Counted from the stretch's first letter, positions 8,974 through 17,985 are shown. The stretch: DNA of 64,000 nucleotides from a bacterium (GCA_037146995.1 JBAWWA010000007.1:22-64021), one strand, 5' to 3'. The notes: generated from the letters alone by a model not told the origin. Made by a program: numbers and translations.

Positions 8974-10164
8974 TTAGCTTTCTTTAATGTACTCATTAAA
9001 CTTGTCCAGAAATTTTTGATAGCCGTCACGACGAATTTCATAGGTTTGCGTCAGTAATCGATCAACTGGCACCCAGCGCCAGGCCGTATGATCCCAAAAA
9101 TTTATAGCAAAATGTTCATCACTGCCCAAATATTCTGCTACATAAAGCGATTGTTTTTGACCTTTGTAGCCTAAGTGCCGTTGCACCTCTGCCCGCCTTT
9201 GCTTATGAAAATTATAGCGAAAGACGTTTTTGTATACACGACGTGTCTCAAACTGTGTCACTCCTAATTCTTCAAAAAGCTCTCGCCGACCAGCTCGCTC
9301 GATCGACTCGCCATCGGTACCACCCTGAGGGAGTTGCCAGTGACCCGACATATCCGCGCGCTCGACCATCAGTACAACGTGGCCACTGGGACTTTTTTTA
9401 TAGAGAAAACAAGCCACATTTGGTCGATATAGGTAAGGCAAGATAAATTGCCATTTGATAAATTTATACAAAAAAACCGCGACAGCGTTCCAGATCCGAC
9501 CCAATCGTTGCGGCTGTTTGTATAATCGCCACAACCACTCGACTCCAATCAGGCGCATAACCTGCGGTGCGCGCGCTATCTTGCCAGTCAAGAAATCTAG
9601 TGCCCCGCCAATACCCATGACTAGCGACAATGAAGGTACTCCGCCCCTTAAATGATAGAGCATTTTTTCCTGAAATGGTGCCCCTAAAGTCGAGAGGATG
9701 ATTTGAGGCTTGAAATCATTTATCATAGTGACATCTAGCTTCTTTTCAGTCCGACTGCAATCCATTACTTTGGCTATCGCCCCCGGATATTTAGTTTGTA
9801 GCATTAGTCTTAGATCATGTTCACTCGACAAGCCATGCTGCCAATTCAAAATCAAGACCTTTAATCTTTGTTCGCTCGCTAGGCCGAGGACGTATTGCAC
9901 CAAGTCGGCACCCGGATAGCGTTCTATATTATGGCCGATCAAGCGAGCCGCCAGTTGTGGTCCAGATCCATCAAGTACGGCCAAGTCGGCATGGTTTAAA
10001 ATATAAAAAAACTCCTCATCATGCTGTGCAGCCAGGATGAATTCGGCATTGGGGGTGACGATTAATTTTTGCTGATTTACTTTTAAATAATCATCAATCT
10101 TTCGTTCAACGGCATTTCTTGAAAGATTCGATAAATTTACTCCTAAAATATTAACTTTGGACAT
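8974..10164 (-). CDS. fusion protein: GT26 (WecG/TagA/CpsF) glycosyltransferase domain + C-terminal RppH/NudH-like Nudix hydrolase domain
   Basis: Residues about 1-240 carry LIVTPNAEF, LAVLDGSGP, GAPFQEKM and GVEWLWRLYKQPQRLGR, which fit the GT26 family. Residues about 245-396 carry YRPNV..., HWQLPQGG, the Nudix core ESIERAGRRELFEELGV, GQKQ and WRWV, and align along the whole length with E. coli RppH as I recall it. Confidence 0.8.
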   Translation of the reverse strand: MSKVNILGVNLSNLSRNAVERKIDDYLKVNQQKLIVTPNAEFILAAQHDEEFFYILNHADLAVLDGSGPQLAARLIGHNIERYPGADLVQYVLGLASEQRLKVLILNWQHGLSSEHDLRLMLQTKYPGAIAKVMDCSRTEKKLDVTMINDFKPQIILSTLGAPFQEKMLYHLRGGVPSLSLVMGIGGALDFLTGKIARAPQVMRLIGVEWLWRLYKQPQRLGRIWNAVAVFLYKFIKWQFILPYLYRPNVACFLYKKSPSGHVVLMVERADMSGHWQLPQGGTDGESIERAGRRELFEELGVTQFETRRVYKNVFRYNFHKQRRAEVQRHLGYKGQKQSLYVAEYLGSDEHFAINFWDHTAWRWVPVDRLLTQTYEIRRDGYQKFLDKFNEYIKES

Positions 10165-10170
10165 AAAGTC

Positions 10171-10199
10171 ATCTTACCCCATGAATTCAAAATCTACAA
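10171..10199 (-). promoter_or_regulatory. promoter TTGTAG-17-TAAGAT ending 6 nt before the ATG (leaderless candidate)
   Basis: The minus strand reads cTTGTAGattttgaattcatggggTAAGATgactttATG. Confidence 0.45.
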
Positions 10200-10278
10200 G
10201 CAATATGCTTGACAATTATGACATATTTTGGTTAAATGTCGTTACAATTTCGTACATTTTAGACAATGGAGGGTGGTT

Positions 10279-10728
10279 ATGCCAACACTGAATCGCGAGG
10301 AAATTTTGAAAATAATACCTCATGGCACCGACGCGTTGATTTTGGATGAAATTTGCGATTATAATCTAACCCCAGGGTCGGAGTTTATTATTGCTAAGGT
10401 TACGCTTTCAACAGATTATAGCAAAATTTTTGAAGGACATTTCCCTGGTTTTCCGGTTGGGCCGGCTCACTGGCAAATCGAAATCGGCTGCCTAGCTGCT
10501 ACCACTCTTTGCGCCCTGATCAAGGGCCAACTCGAACAACCAATTGTCCTGACCGAGCTAAAAAAATTCAAATTCCGTAATTATGCCAGGCCTGATGACA
10601 CCCTGCTTGTGATTATCGATGAGGTCAAAATCAAAAAGCAGAGAATTTTTGATTGTAAGATCACTTTAAATAATCCAACGAATAACAGTTTAATCTGTAG
10701 TGGCTACGTCTCTGGTTGGCTCACTTAA
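10279..10728 (+). CDS. FabZ/FabA-like hot-dog fold dehydratase
   Basis: The motif HFPGFPVGPAHWQIEIGCLAA matches the FabZ HFPxxPVxPG...E active-site pattern. The ATG at 10279 is preceded by GGAGGG, so the upstream extension to 10228 is unlikely. Confidence 0.65.
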   Translation: MPTLNREEILKIIPHGTDALILDEICDYNLTPGSEFIIAKVTLSTDYSKIFEGHFPGFPVGPAHWQIEIGCLAATTLCALIKGQLEQPIVLTELKKFKFRNYARPDDTLLVIIDEVKIKKQRIFDCKITLNNPTNNSLICSGYVSGWLT

Positions 10729-10740
10729 AACTCTCCACAA

Positions 10741-10762
10741 GCGCTAGAAAATAGCGCTTTTT
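10741..10762 (+). terminator. rho-independent terminator
   Basis: GCGCTA-GAAAA-TAGCGC followed by TTTTT. Confidence 0.65.
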
Positions 10763-10768
10763 ATGTAC

Positions 10769-10797
10769 TTGACACATTGGCCAGACTATTTTATATT
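10769..10797 (+). promoter_or_regulatory. sigma-70-type promoter of clpB (TTGACA-17-TATATT)
   Basis: Consensus -35 at 10769-10774, a 17-nt spacer, and the -10 at 10792-10797, immediately upstream of CIRCE. Confidence 0.65.
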
Positions 10798-10801
10798 TAT
10801 A

Positions 10802-10828
10802 TTAGCACTCTACCTTTGAGAGTGCTAA
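10802..10828 (+). promoter_or_regulatory. CIRCE operator (HrcA binding site)
   Basis: TTAGCACTC-tacctttga-GAGTGCTAA is a perfect match to the CIRCE consensus TTAGCACTC-N9-GAGTGCTAA. It sits between the promoter and the clpB start. Confidence 0.85.
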
Positions 10829-10843
10829 ATATGAATTAAAAAT

Positions 10844-13480
10844 ATGATGAATATGTTTGAAAAATTTACCCATAAATCACAAGAAGCCATCATCAACGCT
10901 CAAATAATCGCTCAAGACTCAGGTCAACAGCAAATCGAAGCAGTCCATCTGCTCGCCGCCCTACTCGAACAAAACGAGAGTTTAGTTAAACCAGTATTAG
11001 AAAAACTCAAAATCAACCCGCGTGATGTTTTGCGTGACACTGACAAAGCCATTGAGGCCCTACCCAAATCAAGTGTCTCGAGTACCGTTGGCACTGTTCA
11101 AGGCACGCAAGAAGTTGCTCAAGTCCTTGATCAAGCCAAGAACGAGGCCGATAATTTCGGTGATGAGTTCATCTCAACCGAACATATTTTACTCGCTTTA
11201 GTTTCAGTCAAATCCAAAGTTAGCAAGCTCTTGCAAAATTATGGTGCGACTTATGACGCCTTTTTAAAAATCCTAGCGGAACTGCGCGGCAATCACAAAA
11301 TTACCGACCCAGACCCAGAAACCAAATACAAGACGCTTGAAAAATACGCGGTTAATCTCACAGCCCTGGCTAGGGCTGAAAAGTTAGACCCAGTCATTGG
11401 TCGTGACAACGAAATTCGCCGTATCATGCAGATTCTCTCCCGTCGCAGCAAAAATAATCCCGTCCTGATCGGCGAAGCCGGTACAGGCAAGACTGCCATC
11501 GTTGAGGGGTTAGCTCAGCGTATAGTTTCGGGTGATGTGCCAGAGACCCTCAAGGGCAAAGAGCTAATCAGTCTTGATCTCGCTTCCTTGATCGCCGGTG
11601 CCAAATTCCGTGGTGAATTTGAAGATCGCCTCAGAGCTGTCATTAAAGAGGTCAAAGCCCAAGAAGGCAAAATCATCCTATTCATCGATGAGCTTCATAC
11701 CCTGGTGGGCGCCGGGGCCTCTGAAGGTGCAATGGACGCCTCAAACATGCTCAAGCCTGCCCTGGCCCGCGGTGAACTCCATGCGATTGGCGCAACCACC
11801 ACCAAAGAATACCAAAAATATATCGAAAAAGATGCTGCCCTAGAGCGTCGCTTTCAACCAATTTGGGTAACTGAACCCGATCAAGAAGACGCCCTCTCTA
11901 TTCTGCGTGGTATCAAGGAAAAATACGAAATCCATCATGGTGTCCGCATTACTGATGACGCCCTGATTGCCGCCGTTAAACTGTCATCACGCTACATTGC
12001 TGATCGCTTCTTACCTGACAAAGCTGTTGACTTAGTGGATGAAGCTGCCTCTGCCCTGCGCCTCGAAATCGACTCTAGCCCGGCTGAACTCGATAATATG
12101 AAGCGCGAGATCAAGCGCCTCGAGATAGCCAAGGCCGCCATCAACAAAGAAAAAAAAGGCAGCCCCAAACTACGTGGCATCAACAAGGAATTAGCCCAAC
12201 TCAAAGAAAAGGCCAATCAGCTCGAACTCCATTGGCTCAATGAAAAAGAAGCGATCGGTAAAATCCGCGTCTCCAAAAAGAAAATCGATGAGCTCAAGGC
12301 CAAAGCCGAAATCATTGAACGTCGCGGTGATGATCTCACTCAGGTTGCCGAGATCCGCTATGCCGAAATTCCCGCTCTTGAAACCGAGATAAAAAAACAA
12401 GAAACAAATCTCAATAAAATACAACAAGCCGGCCAAAGAATTCTCAAAGAAGAAATTGACGAAGAGGATATCGCTAAAGCCGTTTCCCGTTGGACCGGCA
12501 TCCCGGTAACCAAAATGCTTGAAAGCGAGATTCAAAAATTAGCCAAAGCCGAAGATGTTTTGCGTAAATGCGTCGTTGGCCAGGATCAAGCCATTGGCAA
12601 ACTGGCTAATGCCCTACGCAGGTCACGCGCTGGCATTGCCGAAGAAAAGAAACCAGTAGGTTCATTTCTTTTTGTTGGTCCAACCGGCGTAGGCAAGACC
12701 GAACTCGCGAAGGCTTTGGCCGAGTTCATGTTTAATGACAAAGACGCCATGATACGAGTCGACATGAGCGAATTCATGGAAAAGCACTCAGTGGCCAAAT
12801 TCATCGGCTCACCTCCTGGTTATGTTGGTCACGATGAGGGTGGGCAGTTGACCGAAAAAATCAGACGCAAACCCTATAGCGTCATCTTGTTTGATGAAAT
12901 CGAAAAAGCCCATCCTGATGTCTTTAATGTTATGCTCCAAATCCTTGATGATGGCCAATTAACCGATTCTAAGGGCCGTACGGTCAACTTCAAGAATTCC
13001 ATTATTATCATGACCTCCAATCTCGGCAACGAGGTCATCAAGGAACACTCACTTGGCTTTCACCAAAACGACGATGACGCCAAGGAAAAAGAATGGGAGT
13101 TAAAAGAGATGCAGGAAAAAATCGACAAGGTCCTAAGAGACCATTTCAAGTTGGAATTCCTCAACCGCATCGACGAAATTCTAATCTTCCAACCACTGTC
13201 CAAAGAGTCACTCGCCAAGATTGTTGATATCGAAATAACCAAGGTTGCCACCAGACTCAAAAACAAAGAAATCATCATCAAGGTCGGATCAAAGGTCAAA
13301 AAACTTTTAGCCGATAAGGGTTATGACATCACCTTTGGTGCACGACCCCTCAAACGCCTGATTCAAACCAAAATTCTCGATGAATTAGCCATGGAAATAA
13401 TCGAAGGCAAAATCAAGGAAGGCAATGAAGTCGTTATCGACATCAATGCCAAAGACGAGGTAGTTTTGAATGTAAAATAA
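10844..13480 (+). CDS. clpB: ATP-dependent chaperone/disaggregase ClpB
   Basis: Clp N-domain, two AAA+ modules (GEAGTGKTA; GPTGVGKTE), a long coiled-coil middle domain, and the sensor/GARPLKR motif. The start could be 10844, 10847 or 10853. Confidence 0.95.
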   Translation: MMNMFEKFTHKSQEAIINAQIIAQDSGQQQIEAVHLLAALLEQNESLVKPVLEKLKINPRDVLRDTDKAIEALPKSSVSSTVGTVQGTQEVAQVLDQAKNEADNFGDEFISTEHILLALVSVKSKVSKLLQNYGATYDAFLKILAELRGNHKITDPDPETKYKTLEKYAVNLTALARAEKLDPVIGRDNEIRRIMQILSRRSKNNPVLIGEAGTGKTAIVEGLAQRIVSGDVPETLKGKELISLDLASLIAGAKFRGEFEDRLRAVIKEVKAQEGKIILFIDELHTLVGAGASEGAMDASNMLKPALARGELHAIGATTTKEYQKYIEKDAALERRFQPIWVTEPDQEDALSILRGIKEKYEIHHGVRITDDALIAAVKLSSRYIADRFLPDKAVDLVDEAASALRLEIDSSPAELDNMKREIKRLEIAKAAINKEKKGSPKLRGINKELAQLKEKANQLELHWLNEKEAIGKIRVSKKKIDELKAKAEIIERRGDDLTQVAEIRYAEIPALETEIKKQETNLNKIQQAGQRILKEEIDEEDIAKAVSRWTGIPVTKMLESEIQKLAKAEDVLRKCVVGQDQAIGKLANALRRSRAGIAEEKKPVGSFLFVGPTGVGKTELAKALAEFMFNDKDAMIRVDMSEFMEKHSVAKFIGSPPGYVGHDEGGQLTEKIRRKPYSVILFDEIEKAHPDVFNVMLQILDDGQLTDSKGRTVNFKNSIIIMTSNLGNEVIKEHSLGFHQNDDDAKEKEWELKEMQEKIDKVLRDHFKLEFLNRIDEILIFQPLSKESLAKIVDIEITKVATRLKNKEIIIKVGSKVKKLLADKGYDITFGARPLKRLIQTKILDELAMEIIEGKIKEGNEVVIDINAKDEVVLNVK

Positions 13481-13490
13481 GCACAGAATA

Positions 13491-13522
13491 AAAAAACCAT
13501 CAACCACGTTTGATGGTTTTTT
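13491..13522 (+). terminator. rho-independent terminator of clpB
   Basis: AAAAAACCATCAA-CCACGT-TTGATGGTTTTTT. Confidence 0.75.
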
Positions 13523-13573
13523 GTTGAAGCTATTAGGGTTTCGTGCTATTCTTAAGTAGTTATAAAAATATTC

Positions 13574-15076
13574 ATGATTACACAAAAATATTACATTTTA
13601 GTTTTACTCTTACTGGCGAACATCATGGTCATGTCACCAGCCTTGGCCGAAGGCGAATTTAACCCAAATTACATTATAGACGACACCGAGATTAATGATT
13701 ATAGCTCATTGAGCCGCAAAGATATTCAGGAGTTTCTCGATGATCGTGGGGGTTTTATTGCCAGTTATCGGACCAATGCCTGTACTGACGAAGATATTTA
13801 TCTGGGACGCGCTTGCTCGGGCGAAGAAATGTCAACAGCGGATATTATTTTTGACAGGGCAATTAACAACAAGGTCAATCCCAAATTTTTTATCGTCTTA
13901 CTTCAGAAAGAGCAAAGCTTGATCGAAAAAAAAACACCAACTCAGAATCAATTGGATTGGGCTTTGGGTTATGGTTGTTACGACAATCAGGCGTGTTTTC
14001 CGCGCTTTCGCGGTTTTTGGAAACAACTCAATAGTGCCAGCTTGCAATTTCGTGATTACATGGATAGTCCTGATAGCTACACTTACAGGGTAGGTCAGAC
14101 CTACACTATCTCAAATAGTGGGCGCGGACCAAGTATTGTTACTCCACAAAATCAAGCCACTTGCTCACTCTACAATTACACTCCACATGTCTATAATGGC
14201 AATTTTAACTTTTACAATATCTGGCAACGCTATTTCACACGCAACTACCCTAATGGTTCATTGGTTCAAGTGCCGGGTGAAAAAACGGTCTGGGTTATTC
14301 AAGATGGTCGTAAACGCGCCTTCAAGTCACGCGGCGCTTTGATGTCACGTTATGATGTCAACAAAATCCTCAATATCAGCAAAGTAGATTTGGACAAATA
14401 CTTAACTGGCAGCCCAATTAATTTTGCCCAATACGCGATCGTGCGAGCACCAAGCGGCGCTTTATTTTTACTAGTCAATGACACCCGACGTGGTTTTGCC
14501 TCCCAGGCTGTCTTCCGTAAAATGGGCTACAACCCCGAGGAAATCGTCAATGGCAGCTGGAACGAACTAAACAGTTACAAAGAAGGCGCCAAGATCACTG
14601 CCTCTTCGACTTATCTGACCGGCGCCCTACTTCAAGACAAGAAGACCGGTGGCATTTACTGGGTAGTCGATGGTACCAAAGCACCGTTATCGGATAGAAT
14701 TTATCTAACCACAATGTTCAAGGGTAAAAAAATCATCAAAGTCTCTTCAGCAGAACTCAACCAATATCAAAAAATCGAACCAGTTATTTATCCTGATGGC
14801 GAACTTATAAAAACCAAGAACAAATCAACTGTTTATGTCATCTCAGATGGCCAAAAACGATCCATCGAGTCTGGACGCATATTTGAAAGTCTGAAGTATA
14901 ATTGGAAAAATGTCATTATCGTACCCGATAATATTTTGTACTACTATCCAGACGGCGAAGATATCAAAGAAAAAACCACAAGCGCCAATGTTGGCAATTC
15001 ACCTGAATTAAATCTCAATACCACTGCTACATCAACGGCGACAATTAGTACCACCACCAATTTATTACTAAACTAA
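13574..15076 (+). CDS. secreted protein: N-terminal globular domain + four ~57-aa tandem repeats + Thr-rich tail
   Basis: Signal peptide LLLLANIMVMSPALAEG. Four repeats carry the core motifs TVWVIQDGRKRAF, ALFLLVNDTRRGF, GIYWVVDGTKAPL and TVYVISDGQKRSI. The C-terminus is TTATSTATISTTTN. No family was recognised. Confidence 0.6.
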   Translation: MITQKYYILVLLLLANIMVMSPALAEGEFNPNYIIDDTEINDYSSLSRKDIQEFLDDRGGFIASYRTNACTDEDIYLGRACSGEEMSTADIIFDRAINNKVNPKFFIVLLQKEQSLIEKKTPTQNQLDWALGYGCYDNQACFPRFRGFWKQLNSASLQFRDYMDSPDSYTYRVGQTYTISNSGRGPSIVTPQNQATCSLYNYTPHVYNGNFNFYNIWQRYFTRNYPNGSLVQVPGEKTVWVIQDGRKRAFKSRGALMSRYDVNKILNISKVDLDKYLTGSPINFAQYAIVRAPSGALFLLVNDTRRGFASQAVFRKMGYNPEEIVNGSWNELNSYKEGAKITASSTYLTGALLQDKKTGGIYWVVDGTKAPLSDRIYLTTMFKGKKIIKVSSAELNQYQKIEPVIYPDGELIKTKNKSTVYVISDGQKRSIESGRIFESLKYNWKNVIIVPDNILYYYPDGEDIKEKTTSANVGNSPELNLNTTATSTATISTTTNLLLN

Positions 15077-15079
15077 AAT

Positions 15080-15865
15080 ATGTCTATTGTTTTCGCGGCA
15101 ATTACCCCTCACTCTCCGCTCTTATTACCGACCATCGGCAAAGAACATGTCAATCAGCTTAGTGCGACCAGAATCGCCTTTTCGCAACTGGCTGAAGATA
15201 TGTATAGCCACAAAATCGAAACTTTACTCATAATTTCTCCGCACTGCACGGTCAAAAATTCTGCTTTTTTAATTAATCAGTCACCAGAATTTATCGCCAA
15301 TTTAGAAAAATTCGGCGACTTCACCACCAAAAGCAACTACCAAGGCGATCTCGGTCTGACTCATGAAATTAGAGAAGGTTTAGAAGTAGAGGCACCACTG
15401 AATTTAATCACCATGTCTGAGCTTGATTATGGCTCACTTATCCCCCTTGAACTCTTGACTATGGGTCTAAAACCCCAAATCATGCCAGTTTATCCATCTA
15501 CTGGCAATTTACAAGATCACTTCATTTTTGGTCAGCAGCTAAAAAACTTCCTAATATCGTCACCTAAAAGAATTGGCATCATTGCCTCAAGCGACCTCTC
15601 ACACAAACATGCCGTCTCAGCGCCAGCCGGCTACTCACCCAAGGCACAAAAATTTGATTACAAAGTCATTGAACTACTACAAAAAAAACAGACTTCAGAT
15701 TTATTAAATCTCAAGCCCGAATTATTAGCTGAAGTGGCTGAATGTGGCCTTAGACCGATATCTATTTTGCTTGGAATATTAGATAAGACTAATTATTCAG
15801 TGCAAAAACTCAGTTACGAATCGCCCTTTGGTGTTGGTTATCTGACTATGAAGTTTAATATTTAG
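15080..15865 (+). CDS. class III extradiol dioxygenase (LigB/DODA)-like family protein
   Basis: N-terminus IVFAAITPHSPLLLP (like the xHGSP motif), LLIISPH and SSDLSHKH. The family assignment is moderate and the substrate is unknown. Confidence 0.55.
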   Translation: MSIVFAAITPHSPLLLPTIGKEHVNQLSATRIAFSQLAEDMYSHKIETLLIISPHCTVKNSAFLINQSPEFIANLEKFGDFTTKSNYQGDLGLTHEIREGLEVEAPLNLITMSELDYGSLIPLELLTMGLKPQIMPVYPSTGNLQDHFIFGQQLKNFLISSPKRIGIIASSDLSHKHAVSAPAGYSPKAQKFDYKVIELLQKKQTSDLLNLKPELLAEVAECGLRPISILLGILDKTNYSVQKLSYESPFGVGYLTMKFNI

Positions 15866-16170
15866 ACAACTTCATTCTTTTTGTCATGATCCTGTCGTTG
15901 TGCTTCAATAACTTTAAAAAAATAGGCCCAACGATTACCAGTCTTACATAATTCCTTTGTATCATTTAGGGCTCGTTCGATCTCCTCCTTGGAATAATTT
16001 TTACATACCTTAAAGACCGAGGCACGTTTGAAATTTGGCACGCCCAATTCGGCAATTATGCGCAAGGCCAAATCCTGCCACTCATAGGCCGGTGGCTTGA
16101 CCCGTTGTTTTTCGGTATTTAAACGGGCAAACAAATTACCCAATGATTGAAAACCTTCATTCTTTTTCAT
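15862..16170 (-). CDS. hypothetical protein (102 aa)
   Basis: Clean ORF, convergent with and overlapping the previous gene by 4 nt. Helical, basic C-terminus; no family recognised. Confidence 0.5.
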   Translation of the reverse strand: MKKNEGFQSLGNLFARLNTEKQRVKPPAYEWQDLALRIIAELGVPNFKRASVFKVCKNYSKEEIERALNDTKELCKTGNRWAYFFKVIEAQRQDHDKKNEVV

Positions 16171-16255
16171 CTCTATATCATATCAAGAGTTGAGCCTACA
16201 CTCAAGTTGACACATTTGGTAAAATCTGCTTAAATATGGAATATAAAATAAACTA

Positions 16256-16735
16256 ATGGCCAAAGTTCTCAAAATATTAACCCTGCCTCATTATGAGACT
16301 GAGTTACGTCAAATTTCCAAGCCCATAGCACTAGAAGACTTGTCAAAGACTCTTTTTAGACAGTTACTTGCCAATATGGCCCGCACCATGATAAAAAAGG
16401 ATGGCATAGGCCTGGCTGCCCCGCAAATTGGCCAATTTCTACGACTCGCTGTCATTAATACCAAAACCGGTCCAATTTGGTTAATCAATCCCGAAATAAT
16501 CAAGAAATCTACCAGCACCGTCATCGATGAAGAAGGTTGTCTTTCAATACCTGGTTATTATGCCAAAGTCAAACGCCACAAGGAAATTACCTGCAAGTTT
16601 ATGGATCACCAAGGACTTGAAGCCAAAATTGAGGCCTCAGGACTGCTAGCCCGAGCAATTCAACACGAAATCGATCACTTGGATGGAATTTTATTCATCG
16701 ATCGCATGGAAAAGAAAAATAATGCCAAATCTTAA
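16256..16735 (+). CDS. def: peptide deformylase
   Basis: All three deformylase motifs are present: GIGLAAPQIG, EGCLSIPG and QHEIDHLDG. Confidence 0.95.
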   Translation: MAKVLKILTLPHYETELRQISKPIALEDLSKTLFRQLLANMARTMIKKDGIGLAAPQIGQFLRLAVINTKTGPIWLINPEIIKKSTSTVIDEEGCLSIPGYYAKVKRHKEITCKFMDHQGLEAKIEASGLLARAIQHEIDHLDGILFIDRMEKKNNAKS

Positions 16736-17687
16736 AGTCTTGTTTTTAGGGACACCAACTTTTGCCTTGGACTCATTATCAGCTTTGTTAAATGATGATT
16801 TTTTTAAGGTGGTCGGCGTTGTAACTCAACCAGACAAGGCCATAGGTCGATCAAACAAACTTGTTACACCACCAATCAAAGATTTAGCCCTCAAAAATGG
16901 CCTTAATGTTTTTCAGCCTGTCAAAATAAAAGACGCCCTAGAAACCATTCAAGCTTTAAAACCTGATATTATCATTGTTGTGGCGTACGGACAGATTATC
17001 CCTGATACAATCTTACAAATTCCCAAATATGGCTGTATTAACGTCCATGGTTCACTACTGCCAAAATATCGCGGAGCTGCAGTCGTCCAAGCGCCAATCA
17101 TAAACGGTGACCCCGAAACTGGTGTCACCATCATGGTTATGGATTCTGGACTAGATACCGGACCAATTTTATCCCAAGAAAAAATCTCTTTAGCCCCAAA
17201 CGAAACAACAGCTTTACTTTTCCCTAAACTATCAAAATTGGGCGCCAGTCTATTGGTTCGGACTATAAAAAAATATATCGCGGGCCAGATTTTTCCCAAA
17301 CCCCAAGACAACACACGAGCCTCGAAAGTCGGTCTTATTAACAAGGTTGATGGCCTGATTAATTGGTCCGACTCGGCGACTGCCATCGAACGACAAATTA
17401 GAGCCATGAATCCGTGGCCGATGACTTTTACAAATTGGCAAGACAAGACCCTAAAAATCATTGCCGCCAAGTCCGTACCGCTAAACATCAATCAATATGA
17501 ACCTGGCGAAACCTTTATGCACTATGATGATTTTGCCGTCCAATGTGGCATTAACGCTCTTATCATTACTGAACTCCAACTGGAGGGTAAAAATGCCATG
17601 ACGAGCACTAATTTCTTGATGGGTAATTCAAAAATCATCCACCAAATACTGGGCAAACCCTTTGACAAGCCACCAATAATAGGTTAA
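16722..17687 (+). CDS. fmt: methionyl-tRNA formyltransferase
   Basis: N-terminus LKVLFLGTPTFAL, then VVTQPDK and INVHGSLLPKYRGAAVVQ (SLLP motif). The ATG at 16722 overlaps the def stop, and the upstream extension to 16683 is rejected. Confidence 0.93.
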   Translation: MPNLKVLFLGTPTFALDSLSALLNDDFFKVVGVVTQPDKAIGRSNKLVTPPIKDLALKNGLNVFQPVKIKDALETIQALKPDIIIVVAYGQIIPDTILQIPKYGCINVHGSLLPKYRGAAVVQAPIINGDPETGVTIMVMDSGLDTGPILSQEKISLAPNETTALLFPKLSKLGASLLVRTIKKYIAGQIFPKPQDNTRASKVGLINKVDGLINWSDSATAIERQIRAMNPWPMTFTNWQDKTLKIIAAKSVPLNINQYEPGETFMHYDDFAVQCGINALIITELQLEGKNAMTSTNFLMGNSKIIHQILGKPFDKPPIIG

Positions 17688-17712
17688 TATTAAAATCGTT
17701 AAATCAAAATAT

Positions 17713-17784
17713 GGCCCGTTCGTCTAATGGTTAGGACATCAGATTCTCATTCTGGTAATAGGGGTTCGATTCCCCTACGGGCTA
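17713..17784 (+). tRNA. tRNA-Glu (anticodon CUC)
   Basis: Hand-folded cloverleaf: acceptor GGCCCGT/ACGGGCT, D arm GTCT-AATGGTTA-GGAC, anticodon arm TCAGA-TTCTCAT-TCTGG, T arm AGGGG-TTCGATT-CCCCT. It is 72 nt with no encoded CCA. Confidence 0.85.
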
Positions 17785-17790
17785 CAAACT

Positions 17791-17815
17791 AAAACAGACT
17801 TTATGGTCTGTTTTT
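17791..17815 (+). terminator. terminator after tRNA-Glu
   Basis: AAAACAGAC-TTTATG-GTCTGTTTT. Confidence 0.6.
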
Positions 17816-17950
17816 GGTTGTAGCTTGTTGTGGGATAAGAAGTCCTATCTATTGAGTAAGCACATTCAGCGAATTTAAATATAGAAACGAAAATATTCTA
17901 ATTATATTAAAAATATTTAAATTGCTAGTGGAAGGATCTAATCCCAGTGA

Positions 17951-17970
17951 GATTCCCCTACGGGCAACAA
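17951..17970 (+). repeat. duplicated 3' end of tRNA-Glu (att-like direct repeat)
   Basis: GATTCCCCTACGGGCaACAA matches 17768-17787 (GATTCCCCTACGGGCtACAA) at 19 of 20 positions. No complementary T-stem or acceptor 5' half lies upstream, so it is not a second tRNA. Confidence 0.7.
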
Positions 17971-17985
17971 TTAAAGCCATGCAAC

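Noticed and set aside
12191-12535. Long antisense ORFs inside clpB (also 16949-17491 in fmt, 1989-2330 in serS, 28051-28404 and 30427-31260 in the giant pilin gene, 25235-25570 in pilM)
   Set aside because: All are fully contained in strongly supported genes on the other strand and show Ser/Leu/Arg-rich shadow-frame composition. None has independent signals.
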